Below, piece by piece: positions 1 through 13,149 of a stretch of DNA of 64,000 nt. Numbering within the stretch: the first letter of the stretch is position 1; the number at the start of each line of letters is the position of its first letter. Source of the stretch: Cenococcum geophilum (Eukaryota); assembly GCA_050273025.1 (NCBI GenBank), contig CP158635.1:7626001-7690000 (forward strand), read 5' to 3'. A program made the translations under genes and the position numbers. The notes under the pieces were generated by a model. It made no database searches. It saw only the letters and a program-made list of their open reading frames with translations, and was not told the DNA's origin.

Positions 1-399
1 AAATTACCGCAGTTCTAGGGTATAAGTTACAGCTTAAAGCAGTAATTAGCGGTTAAACTAATTAATTAACTAATTAATGTCGCGTAGAGGTGCCATACGA
101 GAGTTAGTTAAGGTAGTAGAGGTAAAGAGTTAGGCGAAGTAGATATTAAAGTTAAGTACTCCTATAGAAACGCTAGTAGGTAAATTGCTGTTATCTAATA
201 CTTATTAATAGTAAGGTAAATTAAGAAGTTCTAGTAAATACGCAGCATGCTAAGTTTAGCGGCATTTTACGGTAGATTGCCTTAGGTAGTATAAGTTTTA
301 TATAGTTATAATCTTTAGGATTTAAGAACTAAACTAACTTATTAGTTTATTAAACCTTATAAATCCTACCTAGACTACTAATATAAAAAGGTAATAACT

Positions 400-1290
400 T
401 AGCTAAGTATAGAATTTATATATTGTTTTTAATTATATTTTAATAGGAGACTAAGTAAAGCTAATTGAGCCTTTACTATAGCCTCCTTTAAGCCCCCCTT
501 TACCGCCCTTAATTAATCCTCTATATTAAACAGCCGCTAGTTAAACCGTCTAATTACTTATAGGACTTAATACACCTTATTTAGCGTATATAGTATATCC
601 TCCCTTATAACCTTAAGCTAGTCCTTTACTAAAAGCTTTTAAAATATTACCTTTTTTTAATTTATATTATGCGCTTTAGTTATAAATATAGTTTTATAAC
701 CTTAGAGATAATCCTGCTTTATTACTTAGGCGTCCTAAATTAGATTAATAATAGATATATTTTAAGCCTTTTTAGCTTTTTAAAGTTCCTTAATTTCTGC
801 CTTTAAACTCTCTATTTTAGTAATTAGAGGGTAATACAGTCTATAAAGCATCCTATTCCTCCTTTTTATAACTAATTATCTAACTTACAATATTAAAGAG
901 GTCCCTCTTTATAGTTTTTTTAGTTTCTATAATAGCCATCTCCGCGGCGCTATTTTTATTTAACTTAGTTCTCTTTAAAGTATATATAGCGGCATTTTTA
1001 GCGGCTGGTAGGATAGAATAGGTTAGTAAAGGCTTCTTAATAGATAGCTAAGCTATCTTCGTGGCTTTAGCTACCTTACTATTCTTCTCCTACTTAATTA
1101 GAAACCCTCTAATCTCCTTTTAGTAACTATCCACCGCTTTCTTCTTTCGCGACTTTAGAGCTAGCTTAGTGGTCCTATCTCTATTCTTTAGTAACGCCTT
1201 TTTAATATAGGGACGCTTAGTGCGCTTAGTTAGGTAGCTGCATACCTAGGGTTTTTATTTATCTATAATAACCGATTAGCGTAAAATATC
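400..1290 (-). pseudogene. RIP-degraded ORF of unknown function, K/E-rich and coiled-coil-like
   Basis: Minus-strand frames read e.g. KLALKSRKKKAVDSY*KEIRGFLIK*EKN and LITKIESLKAEIKEL*KAKKA, with only TAA/TAG interruptions. No family recognised and boundaries are approximate. Confidence 0.35.
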
Positions 1291-1623
1291 TATAACTCTT
1301 TCTTAGCATATATACTATTACGATATTTACTTTAAAAATAGGTTAAGGGCTGGTATATAGTTAAGTTAAGGGGAAATTAGTTCTAATATAAAGAGTAGGT
1401 AATAGATAGATGGATAGTATTTAGCAGTAGGATCTAAAAGGGAAGCTTATCCTTATTAACGTTAAGAACGCATATAAAGTAGATAGGTAGTAGTAATTTA
1501 GGGGAAGACTTTAATAAAGGATTATTTTATATAATTAGTAGCTAGTTAATAGAGGAAGGCTAGAAACCTATAGTTATAATATTATATATTATAACATTTT
1601 GCCTAACTTCCTCAAATATACAT

Positions 1624-2178
1624 ATAGGTGGTGGCCTTCTATAGCATTTTGTCGGCATTATAAGTTAACGCGTTTTAGTAAGGCTTACTAATAAAATTAC
1701 GCTAGCTAGGGTGCCCGTAGTATACTAACCTAGGTAAAAGCGTCTAAAGCGCCTAATATAAAAAGTATTTTTTACTAAATAAAGGGATATAGAGCTTAAA
1801 GCTCCTTACTATTCGGTTATAAATCGCCTTTATATTATAACTGTTCGATCTATACGCCTTTTAGTATTACCTATTTTATAATTAGTGGCGGCTACTACTA
1901 TAGCTTATTTAAATCTGTAATTAAGTTAATTATTTAGTAAGGCTCTAAAATAAGGCTTTAGATTTAACTTTATATATTAATACGTAATTAATATTAGTAA
2001 GCAATTTAAAAGAGCCCATCTCTACTATTAGGCCTCTATCGCGACTTCCTACTTTAGTATAATAATAGAGCCTCCTTAACCAACGTCCTCTCTACAATCG
2101 GCGTTTCCTATATCTTTACCTACCTCCAATATAAACCCCCTAGAAACAAGCTTATCGCGATTAAAAAGGTTAAAATAA
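1624..2178 (+). pseudogene. possible RIP-degraded ORF of unknown function
   Basis: One plus-strand frame (IGGGLL*HFVGIIS*RVLVRLTNKITLARVPVVY*PR*KRLKRLI...) has only RIP-type stops. No motif recognised. Confidence 0.2.
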
Positions 2179-2728
2179 GAATATTATATAAGGCATGCAA
2201 CGCGACTATAGTATTACAATTAAGGTATATATCTAGAACGAGCCGTATACTAGTATAAAGAGAATAGTAGTAGAATAAGCGGGTGTTTTAGATTCTATAG
2301 CTAATACGCCCCTTAATAAACATTAAGTTAATAATAGAGCTTTAGGAGTTACTAATTAGCCTTATATTAAGTATAGAGTTACTAGTAATCTATTCTTTCT
2401 TAGCTATATTTTAAATTAGGTATAGATTTAAAGCTTTAAAAGCTATATTAACTTTATATTTACTCCACTTTACTAATTAAATAGTTAGATCTAAAGTCTA
2501 TATTAATTATAACTCTAGCTAGGAGCTCCAATCTAATAAAATTACTGCCTTAAAGAGTAAACTAACAGACTTTAATTACTAAGCGCGAAATTGCTGTATA
2601 TTACCTAGTATATGCCTAGTTTTTTAAGTGGTAAGCTAGTAAACTTCTATTACTAAGCGCGAAATTGCTATATATTACCTAGTATACCGCCTAGTTCCTT
2701 AAGCAGCAAGCTAGTAAAATTCTATTAC

Positions 2729-2886
2729 TGTTGGACTTAAAAGGGGATATCACGTAGCTACGGTTCGTAGATAGTATGATGGTTGTTATTCTTGTTAATT
2801 AGAAAGGGGAAGGGTGAGGAACTTAAGGTTCCTTACCACGCTAGTGCCACGGCAACACGTGACAACCACGTGCCTTATTCCTAACA
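2729..2886 (-). repeat. 3' LTR of Copia 1
   Basis: tgttggact...attcctaaca, near-identical to 8459-8616. A purine-rich tract (aaaaaaaaggttgccag on the minus strand) lies just inside it. Confidence 0.95.
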
Positions 2887-2959
2887 CTGGCAACCTTTTT
2901 TTTATGGTTGCTATCTATATATAAATAACGCAACTAAGCTATAACGGTGCTAGCATCCG

Positions 2960-3152
2960 CCACGTTATTGTATTTTGCCGTCTTCTGCCGTATTCTGCTA
3001 GCTATAATATTCTGCCAAATTCTGCCCCATGTTCTGTTAAATTCTGCCAGCTATACTCTGCCAGATTCTGCCAGCCATACTCTGCCAGATTCTACCAGCT
3101 ATATTCTACCAGATTCTGCCAGCCATATTCTACCAAATTCTACCAGCCATAT
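2960..3152. repeat. short tandem repeats built on attctgcca(g) in the Copia 3' non-coding region
   Basis: About four 24-bp units attctgccagccatactctgccag, plus flanking partial copies. Confidence 0.85.
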
Positions 3153-3199
3153 TTGCGCCTTAGCGGCCCTCGCTATATCTCCTACTCCCTTTTAACCTA

Positions 3200-6100
3200 A
3201 CCTTTAACTTATACACGCAAAGTATTTATATTAACGAATGTCTCTAGTGCCTTATTTAGGTTTACCTTCGTCATCGCATCTACTGGGTTATCTTGGCTAT
3301 TAATCTATAAATTTTAAAGAGTTCTTAACGCTTATAGGATTGCTGAAGTACCATAATATCGATTATAAGGCGCTTCTTTTTCGTAGTACCGAGCTTAACT
3401 AAATACTCGTAGAGGGAATATAAGTCGGTGCACACGATTGTAGGGATAATAGGAAGTTTAAGTTAATCTATAATTATCTTTAGGGTAGTTCTAATTGCAA
3501 TTGCTATATTAACTCCGCTAACTATTTTATATATCTCTGATGCTAAAACACTTTGGGTAACGCGCTTGCTCTTAGTTAAGCTCTAATAGATAAGATTGCC
3601 ATAGATTGTAAAGTTATTCTCTCTAGTAAATTCGTTCGCGATAATAATCTTATATCCTAATTAGGAGCTAAAATCTTTATTATTTATAAACGATCTATTA
3701 ATAAATACAAAGAGCTTAGCGGTAGGAAGATTAATAGGCACGTAGAGTAGTCCCCAATCGAGATGGTTTATTTACTAGAAAAGACGTTTATTTAGGGCAA
3801 GAACATTATCCTTAGTTGGTTCTTAGTGTTAAATGGCAACGGAGAGATTAAATAAAGCCTTAGGTTAATAGATAGAAGTAATATAAGCTCCGCGAGCGCG
3901 TTACTTTACGTATCCTTACTTTAGGGAATTAACGTTAATAACGTTAATCTTCTTACCTTAACCCTTCTAGCGTAAAGCAATAGAATCCTTATTTAGGGAA
4001 AGGATGTATCTATTAAAGAGTAATGGTGTTGTTAAATTAAGCTTTTCTTTTAGCTTTACTATAAGATTTGCCTTTACTAGCTCGTCTTCTTTAAGAGCTA
4101 AAAATTAGTCGTCTCCTAAGATAATTATATCGTTAGTTTATATACCAACGATTCTAAATGGAGTTCCTGTAGTTGTAATAAGGAAGCAGGGATTAAATAT
4201 AGAAGTAGTTATTAAAAGCTTCTCTTTATGGTGCTTGCTGTAGGTAGCCCACCAGTAAGTTTCTACCTCTACGATCCTATATAATGGCTTAAGTATAACT
4301 ATAATCGTATCTTTAGGATACTGGTGGCGAATTTGCTTTAGAAGGTATGCTAATATTAAGCGCTAAAGGTGCGTCTCTAATTGGGTGTAGGCTTAAGTAA
4401 TATCTCGTAAATAAACCGCTATTCTATTCTTTATTAAGGAGGGAGCTAGCGCAATAATAACTCGCTAACTAGCTTATTAAATCATGGGAGACTACGTAAG
4501 AATTACCTCCTTACTATTATTGTTGTAGCCTTAAATAACAAGCCTTAATTTCTTGAATGGGGCGTTAGTAGCTTTACCCTTAATCTCGTTAACCATTCTT
4601 AACTTAAAGATGCGAATTCTATTAAACTTAGTAGGGTTATACTTCTTAAATTTAAAGACTCCTCTTGCGATAAGACCGTTAATCTTCTACTTGTCGGATG
4701 CTTAGAAAGGAGCTCCTAGGGTTATAATACGACCTTCCTTTTGGAGCTGTTTTGCGAGCTTAAAGTTAGCCTTCTCTTTAGCTATTATAAAGGCCATTAA
4801 TAACTTAACTCTATTCTTAATGGCGGCAACAAATTATTTTTTAAAATTAATAAGATATTGGCGATTTTATAATCCCTTTGGGCGACCTCTACCGCGTCGT
4901 GGTTGTGGCGTATCTACTATAATTGTATTGGGATTATAGTCGTCTTCTAGAGCATGTTAATTATAGTTCTCTTTTAGGGCATCTTCTAGGGCATCCTGTA
5001 AAGGCTCGGAATTGTTATCTTTATAGTAAGGCTTAATAATAGTTAAACGGAATTAAGTGGGTCTATAAGGCATCTAAATAGTATAAGTTTAACCATTAAT
5101 TATAATAAGTTAATGTGGGCCTAACTATTTTCCTTTTTTACGCTATACGCGTACTTTAGACTAGAGTGGCGGATTGAGCGTAGTTAAGGTATTTGGGCCA
5201 TTTCTTATTCCTAGTGCGTTATTAACCTAGCGTATAGCATAGAGACATCGCACCTCCTTTATTGCCTTATAAATAGCCTCGGCTTATTATATAATAGAGA
5301 GAAATAGTGGAGAATTGTTAGTTATTTAAGGGTAGGCGCTAAAGACTAGTAACGTAGGTACGAGTCTATCTAGGCCAGCAGAATTATTAATAGCTTTAAT
5401 AGCTATTTGCAAGGTAAGTTCTTTACTAGCGTCCTTTAGTTCTAAAGAGATAATCTTATATATACGGCGTAATGGCGTATAATATCGTTCTACTTTTCTA
5501 ATACTATTATATGCCTTAATAGGGACTTCCTTAACCTTAACTGCTATTGCCTTTATCTATTATCGAAACTCTATAAATAAGAAGTTCTTTCCTACGTTAT
5601 GGACGATTTAATTAGGGGGTCCTAAATAGATATTAATCTAGTATAACTAAAGGGTCTCCTATACGTTTCTGGCTAATATATCTTTTAAAAAACACGCGGC
5701 TTAGAAGGAGGTTAAGAAGTTAATAACTTAGAGTACTGGCTTACCGCTAAGATATATAACGTTAATAATAATATAGAAGTTAAAGTTGTAGTTATTCTTA
5801 AGGGTGAACTTAAATCGGCTAGGGGACTTCTGGTTTATTTAGCAGTAATAGTAATACTTTATAAAATACTTAATTGCCTTAACCTTGACTTTATAACCTA
5901 CTTGCTAAAGAACCCTAAGCAATTAATAAATAGATAGGTGGCCAAAATGACGGTATAGTTGGCGTAATTCCGACTTAATTAAGTAGCTTTAAGTAATACT
6001 CTTTTCTAGTTAATAAAGGAGTAACTAGGGGTAACCCTACTTGCATATAACGGGTACCTAATTATCTCCCTAAATAAGTATATTCTTAAGGTTATTAAGC

Positions 6101-8073
6101 CTAATACCTAACTTATCTATATCTTTAATGTAAAATAGAAACGGAGTATTTATAGGAATAACGTGAAAACTAATATACCCTAAGGGGGTTTAAACCCTAA
6201 TTGTGCCGAGAGAGATTATAGTACCTTTGCTAAAACGAATTGTATGCTAGCCTGCCGTTAAATAGTTAATTTAAATAGAGCTATTAAGCTACTAAAGGGC
6301 TTAAACTTAAGGTTCTCCTACTATAGATACTCCTACGGCTTTAGTATCTGGTATAATACTATAAAAGACATTTGCCGAGTATCTATCGTCGAAGGAAAAC
6401 GCGGAGCTCTCCTTTGGCTTATTAAAGATATCTAACTTTATAATAGAATGGAGCGTAGATTGGTTATTAAGGACAGCAATAGTTTATGTGCTATTTACCT
6501 TACTATACTTAGTAAAGTATTGGTTAGGTAAGTAGTCTTTAATTTCTATATCTATAAGGAGCTGTTTAGTTTTATTAACCTTACCCTTAAGGTCTTCTAC
6601 GCCTTTATATTAAACTAGGAAGCTTTAGAAGTAGGCCATAGTAACCTTATAATTTCTAATATTTCTTATACTCTAACGGAACTTATTATATACCTCTTTT
6701 CGCTTATTAAGGGAGTGTCTAGTTAACTAGCAATTTAGCTTCTTATAAACGTAGCATTTCTTTTAGTAATTACTTTAAAATAAACCTTTATAGGGACCTC
6801 TATAATTACCTTATAGTTAACGTTAATCGTACCCTCTTCTATATTCCCTACCGCGGCTACTATATATTTAATTAGTCTAGTTATAATCGTGTTGGTTAGG
6901 AATACTTAGTTAGGTAAGGTTTTTAGTATAGAACTATTAAGATTCTTATATTTATATCGCAGTACCTATAGCAGAGCGTAGCTTAGCATATACTCCTTTA
7001 AACGTATTTATAGGTTTATATAGCGCCAAGTTATACTTAAGAACGCTATAGCATGCTAAGATAACCTGGTCCCTTAGGCTGTTTTTATTTTAGTAAGTTT
7101 TAGTAAAGCCATATTAGATTTTCTAGAGTTTATTAAAGAGTAGTTAAAGGCACTCTAAACGAGTCTTTGTTAGGTTAGAAGTAATAACTTTTTAGAACGT
7201 AGTCTCTCGCCATTCGGATATATAAAGTTGGCGATTCTTATTAGTCTTAAAGTGGGCTCTAGTAAGCTAAAGCATTATATTAAAGTTATAGTTTTTACCC
7301 GTAATATAGTCGTAATAGAATATTACTGCCCGTCCCTTTAATATAATAGAGAAAGCATAATAGTACTAGTAGCGTTAAATTTTAACCTTATTATAACAGT
7401 TATAAAAGACTTATAGTTTTGCTTTAAGTATATTATATAGTTCTCCTTTAAACTTTTTCTCTTCGTCTAAATATACCTTTATTAGATTCGTAACTTCTTA
7501 TAGTAAAGGCTTACCGGTTAGCTAGAGTAAAGGAGGTAAAGGCGAAGCAACTCTAAGTAGGAGAGCACCTTTAGGTGGGAGAGCAGCTCTAGGTAGGGGG
7601 TTAGCGTTCTAGGGGTTTTAATATAAATTAAAGTTGCCTTCTGAAGAATATAGGTTATTTTTAGGTTTCCGTAGTTAACGTATAATCTCAGCTTCCGTCT
7701 ATATTAGTTCTTTTATACTAGTAATAACGGCCTAAATATTGCTAGTAATTGGGTTACCGTTCTTAGCAATATATACCCCGTTCCTATAGAGGAAGTCTTA
7801 AAAATCCTAAACAATATTAATATTGCTAAGTGCCTAGGTGTTAGCGGTCCATCCTACGAAATCCTTCCTAAAATATTCCTATAGCTATATATCGGTATAG
7901 TATCTACTTTAGTAGAATATAATATGGTATAGGAGAAAGCTATTAACTTATTTTACGGTATAAGTTATTATATTAAAGGTAAATTCGTTCTAATTTTTAT
8001 TAATAAGTTTCGCGTATAAAGCTACCCCTAGTAATAAGGAGTCTTCCTAGTTGTTTAAAGTAGGCGTAGCCAT
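3200..8073 (-). pseudogene. Copia gag-pol polyprotein pseudogene
   Basis: Protease IIPDTKAVGVSIVG (~6325-6360, DTGA-type). Integrase RQLYRHFGHLS (~5935-5965). RT LRDIT*AYTQ (~4380-4410) and LKPLYRIVEVETYWWAT (~4245-4293). RNase H end *INSQDNPVDAMTK (~3265-3305). Confidence 0.92.
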
Positions 8074-8458
8074 ATTTTTAAAGGAAGGGAAGTGTTATTG
8101 GCGTAGGGATTGTCGTTTAGTACGCGTTCGTAATATATATTTATTATTTAGTACGCGTTCGTAACATATATTTATAATTATAGGGCTTAGGACCAGTTCT
8201 AGCCTTAAATCGCGAAGACTTGTAAAGCGTGTTATTCTGCGTAATAAACGCAAGAATCTGTAATCTTAGAAAGGCTTAGGATTAGTTCTGGCCTTTAGAT
8301 CCTTAGATTTGTGGAAGAGTTCTATTTAAGGTTTAGGACTAGTTCTGACCTTAAAAGACAGCTTCCTCTAGCACGAGTAGCACTGGTACAGTGGCTCGTC
8401 TCTTCTTAGTGATACCTAGCTGTTCTGTGGTATAATAGTAAAGTTAACCACTAATCAG

Positions 8459-8616
8459 TGTTGGACTCATAAGGGGATATCACGTAGCTACGGTTCGTAG
8501 ATAGTATAATAGTTATTATTCTTGTTAATTAGAAAGGGGAAGGGTGAGGAACTTAAGGTTCCTTACCACGCTAGTGCCGCGGCGACACGTGATAACCACG
8601 TGCCTCATTCCCGACA
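8459..8616 (-). repeat. 5' LTR of Copia 1
   Basis: tgttggact...attcccgaca, direct repeat of 2729-2886. Confidence 0.95.
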
Positions 8617-8681
8617 ATTATTAAGCGTAAAATTGCTATATATTGCCTAGTATACCGCTTAGTTTCTTAAGCGGTAAGCTA

Positions 8682-9104
8682 ACGTATTTTACAAGCGAAG
8701 TATTGACATAAGCGAGTTATCGAAACCAATTTCTCACCAAAATCTATAAAATCTATAACGAAATATCTTAATAACGACTAAATAAAAACTCTAAAAATTT
8801 AATAGATTATAAACATTAATTAGAAAAAGTAATTATTATTTTTTATAGGATAAAACCTAATAATTATTAAGATATTAAGTTTTAGTCTTTAAATATAAAT
8901 AAAATATTATGTCTTAATAACAAGTACATTTATTAATTTAAAAATTTAATATAGGCTTTAAATTATATGTAAAAGTTTAATTTAAAAATTTCAGAGTGTT
9001 TTATCTAGTTGTTGTTAAGATATTTCATTGTAGATTTTATAGATTTTGGTGAGAAATTGGTTTCGATAACTCGCTTATGTCAATACTTCGCTTGTAAAAT
9101 ACGT
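8682..9104. mobile_element. 423-bp MITE, Tc1/mariner-pogo (Fot1/Pot2-like) type, non-autonomous
   Basis: TIRs of about 115 bp start ACGTATTTTACAAGCGAAG, and the outer ~74 bp are a perfect inverted match. TA duplication at 8680-8681 and 9105-9106. Removing the element restores the tandem-array unit aagc-ta-gtagacttct. Confidence 0.93.
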
Positions 9105-9899
9105 TAGTAGACTTCTATTATTAAGCATAAAGTTACTGTATATTGCTAGGTATATTACCTAATTCTTTAAATTATAAGCTAGTAGGTATCGCCTATTAGT
9201 AGAGTATTTTAATATATTAGCTCGTATATTGCCTAGCTCCTATATTATAAGCTAGCAGACTTACTACATTAATAGAGCACTATAATATATAGCCTAGCGC
9301 ATTACTTAGGTCCTTAAGTAGTAAATTAATAGGCGCTACTTATTAATAGAGCACTATAATATATCTAATTATGCGTTGCCTAGTTCCTACATTATAAGCT
9401 AATAGGCTCCTTTTATAAGTAGAGTATTCCGAATATTGGCTTATATATTACCCGGTTCCCACATTATAAGCTAGCGGCTTCTTTTATTAACGAAGCACTG
9501 CGATATATTACCCACGCATTACCCGGTTTTTTAAATAGCAAAATAGTATACTTTTCTTATTAATAAAAGAATTGTAGTATATTGCTAATATATTACCTAG
9601 TTTTATAAAAAACAACTTAGTATATACCTTCTATTAGCCGTAAGACTGCTATATATTGCCAAGTACATTACTTAATTCTATAAAAAAAAATTAGTATTTG
9701 CCTTTTACTAACTATAAAACTGCGGAATACTGCCTACTATATTACCTAATTCTAAAAATAATAGTCTGTTATACTTCTTCCACCAGAGAAGAATTTACGG
9801 CAAACTACCTAGTATATTGCCTAATTCTGCGCTAAAAGGATTAAAAATATATCGCTACTATAATCTATAATATTTGCATTAGCTACTTCTTTAAAATTT

Positions 9900-12500
9900 T
9901 AGACTTATTTATACCTACGTTCTTCTTAAACTTAAGCTTATTTAAAATTCCACTTTTAATACGGAAAGCCGTTAATAGTAATACCCTCCGTAATAGCCTT
10001 TAGAAATAATAAGAGAATTTATAGTCCGTTTAGCTACTTTTATATGTTATAGATTATATAGTCTTTTTACTTTAGTAATATTCCTTTAGGGAGGCATATA
10101 ACGGCATCCTTACTATATTTAGTAACTAAGGCCTAAAATAAGTGTTAGTTTAGAGTTCTAGTTAAGCGTGCTGCTATTAAGAGGTAAAAAGATAAAGTAT
10201 TTTGCTACTTACTAGTATATATACCGCCCTAATAAATAAAAAATTAGTACTAATAAAAATTTTACTACAATAGCCTTTAATATATAGTGCTGCTGTAATT
10301 TCTTTATAGATAGCTAAAAGCGTCCTAAACTTCGCGTTATTATAAAGAATTTCCTCCTTATTCTAATCCAAGATACTTTTAATAGGATTTTTAACTGCGT
10401 TGGTGTAGTATTAAACTAAACTTTTTTTTGATATCTAGAAAATCTTTACTAAATCTATCCTTCTATAAAAGTAACCCAGGCGTTATTACTGCATTATAGT
10501 ACGTAAAGTAGCTGCTTAAGGAGCTGCTGGCCATTTATACTAGTTTTTTCCTAGTAGGAGAACTATCTTCTCTCTATTTAACTATTTTCTGCTAAAATAC
10601 CTCTTTTATTTCTAATACTATTACACCTTCTATACTATATAGAAATTTAAGTTCTTTAGTTTTATAATTATACTTTATATATTAAATTTAGAGCTAGTCT
10701 AGAATAGCTTTTAGTTTTCTGTTATTAAAGTTAATAGTATCCTAGTTACGGTAAATAAGAAAATTTATAAAAATTAGGCTACCAACCTTAACTAATTCTT
10801 TATATATCGTAGACTATAAGGCACTTTTAGGGTTGCTCCTTCCCTACTTTAAAAATTGGGTCTATAGTTTAGCTATTTTATTAACTTCCGCGGATATATA
10901 TTTTCTAAGAATATTAGGTTAGCTTAAGCGGTTGCCTAATTTGTATCTTTAAGGGCGCTTATAATAAACTAGTATATATCTATAATACCATTCTCTATTA
11001 CTATACTAGAAATAGCCTAGGTAAAGAATCTTAGGTATAACAGTACCACTTTTTTTTTTAAGAATAAAGGAATTAGTTAATATAAGTTTCTTATTTTTTT
11101 TTTATTATAAAACTTATCCTATAAGATTCTGCTAAAGAGCGTAGTTATAATAACCTATATACTTCTATAAAGGGCCATTAAAGAACTATAAGTAGGGCGT
11201 TTTCTTTTTACCTATTAAAGTCCAACTATTATTTATCGCATTATAATCTAACTAGTCCCCTAAAGTCCCTATTTAAAGCTATTCCTAAAGGTTTAGTCGC
11301 GCTATTTCTTTAAATATACCTTTTATTTTATAGTATATTGCAAAATATAGTAGCGTCTACTCTTTTATTATAAGCGTAGAGTCTTTAAATAATAAGATAT
11401 AATTATCTCTCTAGTTAGTAATTATACTTAGAATTATATATAACTAGATTTGCACTATACTATCTTTATATTATAGATATAGCGTTTTAATTTATATATA
11501 AGTATAAAAAAGGTATCTTGTTCTAGCTAGGACACTTAGCGTCTTTAGCCTAGTTATTCTTTTATAGATACTAATTTGCATTTTTAGACGCTTAATTAGC
11601 AGCTACTTTATCTAGGTTTATAGCATAGTGGTAACTAAGGATAATAGTTAAGTACGCAGTTACGATTTTTCCGGTTCCTATACTATTAGCAAAAACCCCA
11701 CTATTTAGTTATGTGCGCTCTTAGTGGAATATCTTAAATGCGCTATATAGCTATAGGAATAATTTAAACTTTAGATTTAAACCCTATTTACTAGAAATAG
11801 GGACTAGGTTCTTTACTAAAACGGCCTTTTTAGGAACTCTATATAGCTTAGCTAAATGTTTATATATTTACTACTCTATTTATTAAACGTTACTTCCTAC
11901 TTTAGCTATAGCGGTCTCTTAAAATCTAAAAAGAGCTAATATTAGTCTAATTTAAGATATACTCTATATAACTATATACTTATGCCTTTGCGTAATAGGC
12001 ATTATAACCTATATCTTCTTAGCTTAGGTTATATTATCCTTAGGCGCATTTTTACCTAAGGTATCTTAGATTATATTAGTTTCTATAATTTTACTAAGGA
12101 AAGCTTTTACGGGTATAGAGTTAAATTATTATATAGAGTTTAAGCTAATTAGGGATATAAAGCAGTTTTACTCTAGAGAGTATCGCAATTATCCTTACCG
12201 TACTTTATATTATTGGGATTATCTATAGGCTAAATAACTAGATTATTACGGCTGTTTCTAGTAGCTTACCGCAGTTTGCCGTAGTTTGCCTATAGATGCC
12301 TCTAGTAAGTTACTCCCTTTTATAATTATATTTCTTTAGACTTAATAGACTTAGAATACCGCTATATATTAATAAGATAGATAAAGCATCGCTTTTATTC
12401 TTACTATCTTTATTAATAAACTTAATATCTAAGTGCTTACGGATTAGCTTAGGCGTAATCTTCTACTATTTCTTAAGTACGGCCTTAGCGCGCGAATACT
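9900..12500 (-). pseudogene. SNF2/SWI2-family ATP-dependent helicase pseudogene with at least one intron
   Basis: Motif I SGVFANSIGTGKIVT (~11660-11705; un-RIPed GGVFADGMGTGKT). Motif II RIL*DKFYNK (~11101-11130; DEFH). Motif III *AISSIVIEN (~10990-11020; WAxSGTxxEN). C-lobe AKFRTLL...KIFISTNF (~10240-10335). Motif V-like ILLLFLKAITEGITI (~9975-10018). Phase-0 intron 10133-10212 (GTAAGT..CTAAC..TTTTAG). Ends are approximate. Confidence 0.8.
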
Positions 12501-13149
12501 ATAGGTTAGAGTATTAGGAATTTAAAGAGGGTTTATATAATAATAATTCATTGCTTAACGTCCGATTTGGATCCCTATTAGGCCTACGCGGACTACTCCT
12601 TATTTACATATAGGGAGAAAACTCTATTTAAGAAAAATAAGAAAACCCTATAATCCATCTCCCCGCCTTTTAGGACTCGCCTACTTAGCGCCTATAAGTC
12701 GCCTATAGTACTCTACTACCTTACTATTTAACCTTCTTAGAAACTACTACTGCCGTAATAAGCCTACGGACGCGCTAGTATTATAAACTATTACTTTACT
12801 ACTATAGAGTTACTAGGGGGCACCTACTGCTCGCCCCCTTGCCTTTTATTACTATTTCCCTTATAACCCGGAACTAATTTAGCACATTTTAACTAATAAG
12901 CCACTAGGTGACCGCCTTAAGGCCTTTTTATGTTAAGAGTAGTGTATTATAGTTCTCTATGCCAGCTACTAAAAGCATTATTTCTTAATTGGTGCGTAGG
13001 GGGCATAGCAGTATTACGTATTTTAGTGTCTGTCTTAGCCAGCTATATTTATATCTTAGGCTACCTACTAGGACACCTATCTAGTAAAGCCAATCTTTTA
13101 GTCCTATTATTCCTATTCTTAAAAGTGTTGCTATTATATTTTCTGCCTT

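Larger units (their letters stand above)
2729..8616 (-). mobile_element. full-length Ty1/Copia LTR retrotransposon, RIP-inactivated
   Basis: Two 158-bp TG...CA LTRs (2729-2886, 8459-8616). 5-bp TSD attac (2724-2728) / attat (8617-8621). Domain order on the minus strand is gag, PR, IN, RT, RH. Confidence 0.96.
2560..9830. repeat. degenerate 71-75 bp tandem array (~13 units), split by the Copia and MITE insertions
   Basis: Unit attactaagcgcgaaattgctatatattacctagtataccgcctagttccttaagcagcaagctagtaaaattct at 2575 and 2649, then 2724/8617 after removing the insertions. More diverged units follow with anchors at 9154, 9228, 9301, 9375, 9447, 9518, 9592, 9667, 9741 and 9816. Confidence 0.8.

Noticed and set aside
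2947..3195. 82-aa ORF with LPDSASH repeats
   Set aside because: It is the antisense reading of the 24-bp tandem repeat in the Copia 3' non-coding region and starts at GTG.
2560..9830. Possible CRISPR-like array
   Set aside because: The whole unit is repeated with no unique spacers, no cas genes are present, and the context is eukaryotic.
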